Shown piece after piece: positions 47,878-56,059 of a stretch of 64,000 nucleotides of DNA. The stretch is from the NCBI GenBank assembly GCA_005222965.1, contig NJBG01000001.1:146323-210322 (forward strand), in the 5' to 3' direction. Below the pieces are notes generated by a model. That model made no database searches and was not told the DNA's origin. It worked only from the letters and a program-made list of their open reading frames with translations. Both the position numbers and the translations under genes were made by a program. Numbering within the stretch: the first letter of the stretch is position 1; every line of letters starts with the position of its first letter. The DNA comes from Candidatus Woesearchaeota archaeon B3_Woes (GTDB lineage: Archaea > Nanobdellota > Nanobdellia > Woesearchaeales > B3-WOES).

Positions 47878-50520
47878 ATGGTTGATTTTAATAAAATAGC
47901 CATAAAATGGCAAAAGAGATGGGAAGCTTCAAAAATATTTAATGTAAAAGAAGATCCTAAAAAGAAAAAATTTTACGTTCTAGAGATGTATCCATACCCT
48001 TCTGGGTCTGGACTACATATGGGCCATGCGAGAAACTACTGTATTGGAGATGCTTTTGCCAGATTCAAAAGAATGCAGGGATTTAATGTTCTATATCCAA
48101 TGGGATATGACAGCTTTGGGTTGCCTGCAGAAAATGCAGCCATAAAAGAAAAAAGCCATCCAAAAATATTTACTGAAAATGCAATTAAAAATTTCATAAA
48201 ACAGCAGAAAAGTTTAGGATTAAGTTATGACTGGAATCGAATGGTTGAGACTCATAAGCCGGATTACTACAAATGGGATCAATGGATTTTCTTAAAAATG
48301 TTTGAAAAAGGCATGGCCTATAAAAGAAAATCTGCTGTAAACTGGTGTCCTAAATGCCATACTGTTTTAGCTAATGAACAAGTACATAATGGAAAATGCT
48401 GGAGACATACTGAAACAGATGTAGAACCGAAAGAACTGGAACAATGGTTTTTCAAGACAACTAAGTACGCGGATGAATTATATGATGATATTAAAAAATT
48501 AACTGGCTGGGAAGAAGATGTAAAACTAATGCAGAAGAATTGGATAAACAAGAAAGAGTGGATTGATATAGAATATGATATTGATGGAACAGGTAAAAAG
48601 TTAACTGTTTCTACTACAAGACCAGATACAAATTTTGGAGCTACCTTTATTGTAATAGCACCAGAGCACCCATTGCTGTCAAAGGAAACCGGGATTGTTC
48701 CAGAGAAATATAAACGTGCTGTTGATGATTATATAGAGAAGGCCAAAAAGAAAACAGATGAAGAAAGAATTGAAGAAGGTGGGAAAAAGCAAGGTGTTTT
48801 TACAGGATTATATTGTATAAATCAATTGACAAATAAAAAGATGCCTGTGTGGGTTACTGATTTTGTTTTGATGACTGTCGGAACTGGAGTAGTTGTAGGT
48901 GTTCCTGGGCATGATATAAGGGATTTTGAATTTGCTAAAGAATATGATTTAGAAATTATAAGAGTTGTCGTTGGAAAAGACAGAGACAAAACAGAGATTA
49001 CAAGAAAAGAACAGGTCCAGGAAGAAGAAGGAACAATGATTAACTCTGGATTCTTAAATGGAATGGACATTCATACTGCAACCAAGAAAATTATGGATTA
49101 TATGGAAGAGAAAGGATATGGTAAAAGAACTATTAGATATAGATTAAGAGATTGGCTAATCTCCCGTCAAAGATTTTGGGGAACACCAATTCCAATAATC
49201 TATTGTGATAAATGCGGAGAAGTGCCTGTTCCTGAAAAAGATTTGCCAGTAAAACTTCCTGATAATATTAAATTCTCAAGTACTAAAAATCCTTTAATGG
49301 ATTACAAACCTTTTACAGATGTTAAATGTCCAAAATGTAAAGGCCCTGCCAAAAGAGAAACAGATACAATGGATACCTTTGTAAATTCTTCATGGTATTT
49401 TTTAAGGTATTGTGATCCTAAAAATGATAAAAAAATCTTTGATCCTAAAAAAGCAAACTACTGGATGCCTATTGACCAATACATAGGTGGAAGAGAACAT
49501 GCATGTATGCATCTCATCTATTTTAGATTCTATACAAAATTCTTAAGAGATTTAGGATTAATCAAATTTGATGAACCTGCTATTAATCTTTTCAACCAAG
49601 GAATGCTTCATAAAAATGGAGTTGTAATGTCAAAATCAAAAGGCAATGTTGTTCTGCCAGAAGAAGTTGCAGATAAGTATGGTATTGATACAGCAAGATT
49701 GTTCTTATTGTTTGTAGCAGGACCAGACAAAGACATGGAATGGTCTGATGAAAGTGTTGAGGGAAACTTTAGATTCTTAAATAAATTTTACAGTCTTGTT
49801 GATAAAAAAATAACTGATAAAAAAGATTCAAAACAAGAGAGCAAGATAAATAAAACAATAAAAGAATGTACATCTTATATTGAGGAGTTTAAATTTAACA
49901 TGGCCATTATATCTTTAATGGAACTAACTAATTACTTGTATGTTAAAGATGAAATTAATAAAAGCGTTTTAGAAAAATTAGTATTATTAATGGGTATTTT
50001 TACTCCTCATATTTGTGAGGAGATGTGGGAAAAACTTGGGAATAAAGAATTTATTTCTACATCTAAATGGCCTAAATTTGATAAATCCAAGATAGATGAA
50101 AAATCAGAAGCAGAAGAAGAATCAATCTCTAAATTGATTTTAGATATAAATAAAGTTTTGGAATTAGCTAAAGTTGAAACCCCTAAAAAAATTACCTTGT
50201 TTGTATCAGAGAAATGGAAATATGATTTTTTCTCTAAAATAAAAAAATCTTTGGCAAAAACAAGGGATATTGGTACGATTATTAAATCCTGTATGGATTC
50301 AGAACATAAAAAAGAAATTTCTCAATTAGTCCCTAAACTAGTAAAAAACGAATCCAGAATTCCTAAGGTTATAATTGAACAATCTTCTGAACTAAAAAAT
50401 CTTGAACAAAATAAAAAATTAGTTGAAGATAATTTCAAATGTAAAGTTGATATTGTAAAAGCAGATGATTCTCAAGGAGCTAAAGCAATACCTTCTAAAC
50501 CAGCTATTTTTGTTGAATAA
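47878..50520 (+). CDS. leuS: Leucine--tRNA ligase
   Basis: MYPYPSG..LHMGH, TTRPDT, DWLISRQRFWG, VMSKS. Confidence 0.97.
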   Translation: MVDFNKIAIKWQKRWEASKIFNVKEDPKKKKFYVLEMYPYPSGSGLHMGHARNYCIGDAFARFKRMQGFNVLYPMGYDSFGLPAENAAIKEKSHPKIFTENAIKNFIKQQKSLGLSYDWNRMVETHKPDYYKWDQWIFLKMFEKGMAYKRKSAVNWCPKCHTVLANEQVHNGKCWRHTETDVEPKELEQWFFKTTKYADELYDDIKKLTGWEEDVKLMQKNWINKKEWIDIEYDIDGTGKKLTVSTTRPDTNFGATFIVIAPEHPLLSKETGIVPEKYKRAVDDYIEKAKKKTDEERIEEGGKKQGVFTGLYCINQLTNKKMPVWVTDFVLMTVGTGVVVGVPGHDIRDFEFAKEYDLEIIRVVVGKDRDKTEITRKEQVQEEEGTMINSGFLNGMDIHTATKKIMDYMEEKGYGKRTIRYRLRDWLISRQRFWGTPIPIIYCDKCGEVPVPEKDLPVKLPDNIKFSSTKNPLMDYKPFTDVKCPKCKGPAKRETDTMDTFVNSSWYFLRYCDPKNDKKIFDPKKANYWMPIDQYIGGREHACMHLIYFRFYTKFLRDLGLIKFDEPAINLFNQGMLHKNGVVMSKSKGNVVLPEEVADKYGIDTARLFLLFVAGPDKDMEWSDESVEGNFRFLNKFYSLVDKKITDKKDSKQESKINKTIKECTSYIEEFKFNMAIISLMELTNYLYVKDEINKSVLEKLVLLMGIFTPHICEEMWEKLGNKEFISTSKWPKFDKSKIDEKSEAEEESISKLILDINKVLELAKVETPKKITLFVSEKWKYDFFSKIKKSLAKTRDIGTIIKSCMDSEHKKEISQLVPKLVKNESRIPKVIIEQSSELKNLEQNKKLVEDNFKCKVDIVKADDSQGAKAIPSKPAIFVE

Positions 50521-50521
50521 T

Positions 50522-50857
50522 TTAACAAGTTGAATGAATTATAGCATTAACCTTTTTTCCTTCTTGTTTTAGTTTATTATATTTTTGGCATGCTTTTTCG
50601 CTATCTTCTATTACAAGATTAATATTTCTTTCTTTGGCCAATTCAATAACGTCTTTGTCTACATGAACATCTCTAGAAGTTCCAATCCCAATAACAACAT
50701 ATTCTGGATCATCTCCGAAAATTTCAACAATATCCTGCTGTGTTACTGTATGATGTATTATATAATGCCATGGTAATACTCTGTCTCCTATTATTTTTAT
50801 ATCTTCATAATTTTCTCCATCTATTACTATTTTCCCAAATGTAAAATTTTCTATCAT
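50522..50857 (-). CDS. Mth938-like (DUF498) protein
   Basis: FGKIVIDG.Y.D, PE.VVIG.G, AC..YN.L, HSTC. Confidence 0.88.
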   Translation of the reverse strand: MIENFTFGKIVIDGENYEDIKIIGDRVLPWHYIIHHTVTQQDIVEIFGDDPEYVVIGIGTSRDVHVDKDVIELAKERNINLVIEDSEKACQKYNKLKQEGKKVNAIIHSTC

Positions 50858-50930
50858 ATAATTTTATTAGTTTTCTGTATATTTATAACTTTTGAAAACT
50901 TATTTAAATTAAACAATCTTCTTGACTTTC

Positions 50931-51410
50931 ATGGTTAATCTGTTATTCATGGCAGTAATGTATTCGTCTGAAGATGTTTTTACTACAGCAAAAAAGGATT
51001 TAATTGCAAAATATAGTGATATAAAAGCAGAAAGTTCTGCTTATTCTTTTAATTTTACAAAATATTATGAAAAAGAGATGGGTTCAAACCTAAAAAAGAA
51101 ATTTTTAATATTTAACAAAGAGATTTCAAAAAAAGATTTAATTGAAATTAAACATTTTATAACAAAAATTGAAGAAAAATATTCTGATAACGGGAGAACA
51201 GTTAATATTGATCCTGGTTATTTATCTTCTAATGAATTTGTTCTAGCTACATTTAAAGGAAAAGACTTTAAAGAAAAAATAAGTGAAGATGTTTTTGTTC
51301 ATAAAATCTTAGAGTTTAAAGAAAAGAAAATAATTGAATTTTTTCACACATTTGCTGATTACAAAGTTAAAGAAAATCAGGAATTTTTATTAGCAAATAA
51401 GCCCCTGTAG
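50931..51410 (+). CDS. DUF4416 family protein
   Basis: FTKYYEKEMG, RTVNIDPGY, LAT.K, F.DY. Confidence 0.8.
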   Translation: MVNLLFMAVMYSSEDVFTTAKKDLIAKYSDIKAESSAYSFNFTKYYEKEMGSNLKKKFLIFNKEISKKDLIEIKHFITKIEEKYSDNGRTVNIDPGYLSSNEFVLATFKGKDFKEKISEDVFVHKILEFKEKKIIEFFHTFADYKVKENQEFLLANKPL

Positions 51411-51506
51411 TAGAATGGCAAATGGTTACGCCCATTTGATATGCAATAAGCGACATTCAAAGCTAAAGCTTTGAAATCCCTTCAACTTGCCCCTGTAGTA
51501 TAATGG
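51401..51506 (+). repeat. 18-bp direct repeat of the tRNA-Arg 5' end flanking a hairpin insert
   Basis: GCCCCTGTAGTA(G/T)AATGG at 51401-51418 and 51489-51506. Confidence 0.8.
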
Positions 51507-51582
51507 ATAATATACGACCTTGCGGAGTAATATCAATCTGCACAAAAAGGTTGAGATCGGAGTTCAATTCTCCGCTGGGGCA
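51489..51582 (+). tRNA. tRNA-Arg(GCG) with 22-nt 37/38 intron (51526-51547)
   Basis: GCCCCTG TA GTAT AATGGATA ATAT A CGACC TT GCG G[intron]A GGTTG AGAT CGGAG TTCAATT CTCCG CTGGGGC A; A20 Arg identity element; one U-U mismatch in the acceptor stem. Confidence 0.88.
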
Positions 51583-51706
51583 TAAATTTATAAGTAAAGT
51601 TAGGAACATAATGTAAGATCAAAAATAAGAATTCTCGAGATATACAAAACTATTGTTTTTATCTATTATTAGTAGATTATCAATAATAAACTATTGATAA
51701 TCTTAT

Positions 51707-52991
51707 GTTATACGCAATAAATCTGAAGTCCTTTTTTCTTTTAAGGGGCAAACTTATTATCATAATATTTTTGATTGCTAACCAACAATTCTCAGAATAA
51801 CTTTAATCAAACTTTTCTAAGCTACAAAGTTGCTGTGCGATTAGAGTAGCATTCAGTGCAGCACCTCTCAGGAGTTGGTCTCCACAGACAAACATTCTAA
51901 CACCATTATCAAAAACTTCTGGCTGTCTGATTCTTCCTACTTCAACTTGATAATTCCCTGAAGTGTTAATAGGCATTGGATAAATATTATTCAATGGATC
52001 ATCACAAACTTTGAGCATAGGCTCTTTATCTAAAGCAAATCTATATTCATCCAAATTTATAGGTGTATGTGTTTCAACCATAATATCTTCAGCATGAGAT
52101 CTTTCAACAGGTACTCTCACACAACCACTAGAAATTCTCACAGAATCTTCTAACCCAAGAATTTTTCGAGATTCCCAATCAGTTTTCATCTCTTCTTTTG
52201 TATATCCATTCTCTTGAAATCTATCAATATGAGGGATCACATTAAAAGGCAGAGGATATTGAAATTTACTATGTTCAACAGATTCGCCATCAAGATAATT
52301 CCTAGATTGTTCTAGCAGTTCATTTCTACCCCCATTTCCTGCGCCACTTGCAGATTGGTAAGTAGAAAAAATTATTCTTTCGATTCCAGCCATCTGATTT
52401 AATATGTGTAAAGGTATTGCTGCAATTGCAGTAGTACAATTTGGATTTGCAATTAATCTTGATGGATGCTCTCTTAACAACTCTCCATTGATTTCTGGGA
52501 TTATTAAAGGAACATTATCATCATATCTAAAAGCTGACGAATTGTCTACAACATAACAACCAGAACCCCTTGCTTTTTCCCAATTCGTTTTTGACCAATC
52601 TCCACTAATCGCCCAAAGCGCTAAATCTAAGCTAGAATAATCTGCAGTATCTGCTTTTTGAACAACAATTTTACCAAAGGGAGTTTTTAGACTTTTTCCA
52701 GCAGATTTGCCTGCATAAAGATACAGTTCATCTACTGGAAATTCCAATTTGTCAAGAACATTAATAATTTCTTGACCTACTTCTCCTGTTGCACCAAAGA
52801 TGCCAACCTTTACTTTTCCCATATAATATTGAAATGGAGGTTAGTATTTAAATATTATTATTCTTTAAAGAATAAGTTTGCCCCGGATTTTCTGTCTTAA
52901 TATATCACTTAGTTCTTTTGAAGGACGGACTTCAGATTTACTGTCGCTCCGTTTCACTCCGCGATTTTTTCTTGCAGAAAAAACGTATAAC
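51707..52991. mobile_element. Cassette-like unit 1 carrying asd
   Basis: GTTATAC...GTATAAC ends; inverted repeats 51718-51731/52927-52940 and 51745-51758/52871-52884. Confidence 0.6.
51803..52822 (-). CDS. asd: Aspartate-semialdehyde dehydrogenase (bacterial type)
   Basis: GATGEVG, DNSSAFR, NPNCTT, TYQSASGAG, RVPV..SH, GAALN. Confidence 0.95.
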   Translation of the reverse strand: MGKVKVGIFGATGEVGQEIINVLDKLEFPVDELYLYAGKSAGKSLKTPFGKIVVQKADTADYSSLDLALWAISGDWSKTNWEKARGSGCYVVDNSSAFRYDDNVPLIIPEINGELLREHPSRLIANPNCTTAIAAIPLHILNQMAGIERIIFSTYQSASGAGNGGRNELLEQSRNYLDGESVEHSKFQYPLPFNVIPHIDRFQENGYTKEEMKTDWESRKILGLEDSVRISSGCVRVPVERSHAEDIMVETHTPINLDEYRFALDKEPMLKVCDDPLNNIYPMPINTSGNYQVEVGRIRQPEVFDNGVRMFVCGDQLLRGAALNATLIAQQLCSLEKFD

Positions 52992-53003
52992 AGCAATCTC
53001 GAT

Positions 53004-54114
53004 GTTATGCGAAATCGAAAGAAAGACCTAAATTAGTTAAATAGAGATGGGGCTTCAGCAATATTTATATACAATCCTTAGATATTTAATTATAGTATGG
53101 AAACTTGGATAATTTTTGCATTAATCGCACCTGCACTTTGGGCTATCACAAATTTATTTGATAGTAGGCTAAGAAACTTTCATATTAAAGATGAATTTGT
53201 GCTAACTACTTTTGCTGGTTTTGTTGGACTACTAGCATTTCTTTTTATTCCAATATATGGATTTTCATTCCCAGGAATTTGGATTTTCATTGTTTCAATG
53301 ATTGCAGGAGTTCTATATATTTACACAATGATTCCATACTTCAAAGCATTGTCTTTAGAAGACACCTCTACCGTAATAATGCTTTGGTATATAACTCCAG
53401 TTCTTATTCCTTTCTTCGCAAGATTTTTTCTCAATGAAAATCTTTTACTTATTCAATATTTAGGATTCATCCTTATTTTATTAGGAGGTTTACTTATTTC
53501 AATAAAAAGAAATGCTCTTAAGAAGATTCATATTAGCAAGGCATTATTTATGATGTTAGCTTCAGGAATAATGCTTGATATTTATTACCTTCTTGAAAAA
53601 TATATTTATCAAAACCAATCATTTTGGAATGGATTTTTGTGGATTAGATTTGGAAGTTTTGTTGGGGCATTAACTATTTTAGCAATTCCAAAATACAGAA
53701 ATTCATTCATTCAAATGAAAAACACTTTGAATTTTAAATCTTTTAAATTGATTTTTGGAGGAGAATTGCTAAATCTAATAGCCCTTGTTTCCATTGGATT
53801 TGCATTGAGTTTAGGTTCAGTTAGCTTAGTAATATCATTAACAAACTTCCAACCATTATTCTTAATTGTATTTATCATCCTATTGTCAAAATTCTTTCCA
53901 AAATTATATAAAGAAAAATTATCCAAGAAAATTATATTTGTTAAAGTAATAGCTGTTGCATTATTGATATTAGGATTGTATCTTATTGTTATGTAAGCCC
54001 CAACTCCTTGATTCTTTGTTTTGATGTATCGCATTCGCTCTTTAGATGAACGGTCTTTCTTTCGACTCAAGGGGACGCTGCGCTTTCAGGCTAAAGCCCT
54101 TACCCCCATATAAC
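53004..54114. mobile_element. Cassette-like unit 2 carrying an EamA transporter
   Basis: GTTATGC...ATATAAC ends; inverted repeats 53015-53028/54052-54065 and 53048-53055/53995-54002. Confidence 0.55.
53097..53996 (+). CDS. EamA/DMT family transporter
   Basis: About 10 TM segments in two repeats; own TATA (TTTATATA near 53064). Confidence 0.88.
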   Translation: METWIIFALIAPALWAITNLFDSRLRNFHIKDEFVLTTFAGFVGLLAFLFIPIYGFSFPGIWIFIVSMIAGVLYIYTMIPYFKALSLEDTSTVIMLWYITPVLIPFFARFFLNENLLLIQYLGFILILLGGLLISIKRNALKKIHISKALFMMLASGIMLDIYYLLEKYIYQNQSFWNGFLWIRFGSFVGALTILAIPKYRNSFIQMKNTLNFKSFKLIFGGELLNLIALVSIGFALSLGSVSLVISLTNFQPLFLIVFIILLSKFFPKLYKEKLSKKIIFVKVIAVALLILGLYLIVM

Positions 54115-54179
54115 ACAAGCTAACGCAACAATGCATCATTTAACATAGCTTTATAAACCAACCAATATTTTAAGTTACT

Positions 54180-54533
54180 ATGAGAGACTTCAAAAAAGGT
54201 AGATCTGATAGAAAACCTAGAAGATCTAGTAGAAGGGACGATTCTGACGAAGGAGGAGACTTTAAGAGCTTTAGAGCAAGAAAATCATCCGGAAGATCAG
54301 GTAGAAGGGATTCTTCTAGAAGAAGTTCAAGAATAGAAATGCATGAAGTCGTTTGTGACAAATGCGGCGAAAAATGCGAAGTTCCTTTCAAACCAACTTC
54401 AAGTAAACCTGTTTATTGTAGTGATTGTTTTACAAAAGAAGATGGAAGATCATCGAGAGGTAAATCTTCAAACGGACTTGATGAAGTAAACAAAAAGCTT
54501 GATAAAATTATGAAAGCATTGAAAATCGAATAA
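54180..54533 (+). CDS. CxxC-x17-CxxC domain protein with Arg/Ser-rich N-terminus
   Basis: MHEVVCDKCGEKCEVPFKP...KPVYCSDCF. Confidence 0.9.
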   Translation: MRDFKKGRSDRKPRRSSRRDDSDEGGDFKSFRARKSSGRSGRRDSSRRSSRIEMHEVVCDKCGEKCEVPFKPTSSKPVYCSDCFTKEDGRSSRGKSSNGLDEVNKKLDKIMKALKIE

Positions 54534-54537
54534 AATT

Positions 54538-54969
54538 CTAATCAAAATAATCCTCATAACAAAAATTTTTACTAAAAGAATTCCCTTCATAAGAACAAAC
54601 TCCTTTCTCCTCGATAATATTATTATCTAAAAAATCTCTAAATTTGTTGATAAGACTATTACAATCAGAACATCTCTTAAAATGAGTTTCAATCTCAATC
54701 CTAAACTCTTTCTCACTCATTTTAATAATTTTAGAAGGAACAGAAGATTTTTCAAGAAAATCCTTATAAATATTATCAACAAATCTGTTATCTGAAATAG
54801 CGTCAGAAAGTTTTAAATTAAGCGCACATTTCTTAGGAGACGTAGAACTTACTATTTCACGATTAATAAGCATACAATTACCTTTCTTTAACTTAACTTC
54901 CTTCTCTTGTTTTTTCCTTAAAAGATTAGCAGGAAGTTTTAAACTACCATCTTTATTAAATTCAACCAT
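54538..54969 (-). CDS. Hypothetical protein
   Basis: 143-aa ORF beginning MVEFNKDGSLKLP; one CxxC. Confidence 0.7.
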   Translation of the reverse strand: MVEFNKDGSLKLPANLLRKKQEKEVKLKKGNCMLINREIVSSTSPKKCALNLKLSDAISDNRFVDNIYKDFLEKSSVPSKIIKMSEKEFRIEIETHFKRCSDCNSLINKFRDFLDNNIIEEKGVCSYEGNSFSKNFCYEDYFD

Positions 54970-54984
54970 AAAAGAATGATTTAG

Positions 54985-55359
54985 CTATTGTTTAAAAGAG
55001 TTTTTATATTTATTAATATCTTTAATCATTCCTTTAAAATCTTTTTTCTTAGAATTACAAAAAAAAGCCCTGCAAGCTTTAGGTCGAATTGAATGTATTG
55101 AACATTTGCCTTTCACAAGGGAATCGGAGATTCCATGTGCCCCAGAAATCTTTGATTTCTGTGGTTTCAAATAAATGCAGCTGCCATTTTCCTGCTGTTT
55201 AATTATGTTTGCACCGCACAATTCTGCTTCTTCAAAATCATCAACTAAACCAAACTCTTCAAACTGGGTTTTATAATTACCAGAATTATATTCTTCTTTA
55301 TTTAAATTTATTAAGAATAATTTGCAACAAATTCCGCATTCAAAACAACTATCTACCAT
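54985..55359 (-). CDS. YkgJ-family cysteine-cluster protein with in-frame palindromic insert
   Basis: CFECGICC ... CIYL ... CSIH..RP.AC..F.C. Confidence 0.85.
   Translation of the reverse strand: MVDSCFECGICCKLFLINLNKEEYNSGNYKTQFEEFGLVDDFEEAELCGANIIKQQENGSCIYLKPQKSKISGAHGISDSLVKGKCSIHSIRPKACRAFFCNSKKKDFKGMIKDINKYKNSFKQ
55114..55164 (-). repeat. 51-nt in-frame double-hairpin element
   Basis: CAGAAATC-AAA-GATTTCTG and GGAATC-TCC-GATTCC. Confidence 0.75.
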
Positions 55360-55398
55360 AATAAAAAAAATTTAATTAAAAAGATTATTTAAGCATGA

Positions 55399-55590
55399 TT
55401 ACTCTTTGTTAACATTTACTGCTTTTGGTCCTCTATCTCCTTCTTCAACGTCAAAAGTAACTTGATCATTTTCATTTAAGTTTAATCCTTCTTTTAATCC
55501 TGTTTGATGTACAAAATATTCTTTTCCATCTTCACCAGCAATAAATCCGAATCCTTTTGAATTATTGAAAAATTTTACTGTTCCATTCAT
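55399..55590 (-). CDS. csp: Cold-shock protein
   Basis: GTVKFFN..KGFGFI and FVH (RNP1/RNP2). Confidence 0.95.
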   Translation of the reverse strand: MNGTVKFFNNSKGFGFIAGEDGKEYFVHQTGLKEGLNLNENDQVTFDVEEGDRGPKAVNVNKE

Positions 55591-55890
55591 ATTTTCACCC
55601 CCTTTTATTTATTTCTTTATTATACTTTGCTTGACATTTTTTGCAGTAATTAATTTTTGATTCACCTTTATTTACTACAAATCTATCTCTACATAATCGA
55701 CAAAATTTTATTATTTTATATTCTACCATCTTATTACCAAAGACATTCGTTTTTATTGTCTTTTATCATTTATATTTTTTACAGAAACAGTTTAATTGTT
55801 TTATTTTAACTAATATCAAATTGTTCTGAATAATACACTTTAAAACCCTTCTGTCTTTTTAAATGTTTCTATATTATTATAACTTAGAAA

Positions 55891-56022
55891 TCACTCTTTT
55901 TTAGGCTTAATTCTAACTTTTTTTGTATGATGAAACTTATTACTAATACATTCAATTTCTTTTACCTGATACTTCTCAGGGTGTTTTATATTATACGCTG
56001 TCCATCTTTTGCTTTTTGACAT
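55891..56022 (-). CDS. Possible 43-aa basic protein
   Basis: MSKSKRWTAYNIKHPEKY...; TATA-like TTTTAAAG about 25 bp upstream. Confidence 0.4.
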   Translation of the reverse strand: MSKSKRWTAYNIKHPEKYQVKEIECISNKFHHTKKVRIKPKKE

Positions 56023-56059
56023 CTTATACTGAGGAATTATAAAGCCTTTAAAAAGCTTA

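Noticed and set aside
51489..51582. tRNA-His produced by C35-to-U editing
   Set aside because: A20, discriminator A73 and the lack of G-1 fit Arg
52871..53055. Lysine riboswitch upstream of asd
   Set aside because: No riboswitch consensus seen; asd has its own proximal TATA, and the segments pair with repeats on the far side of each gene
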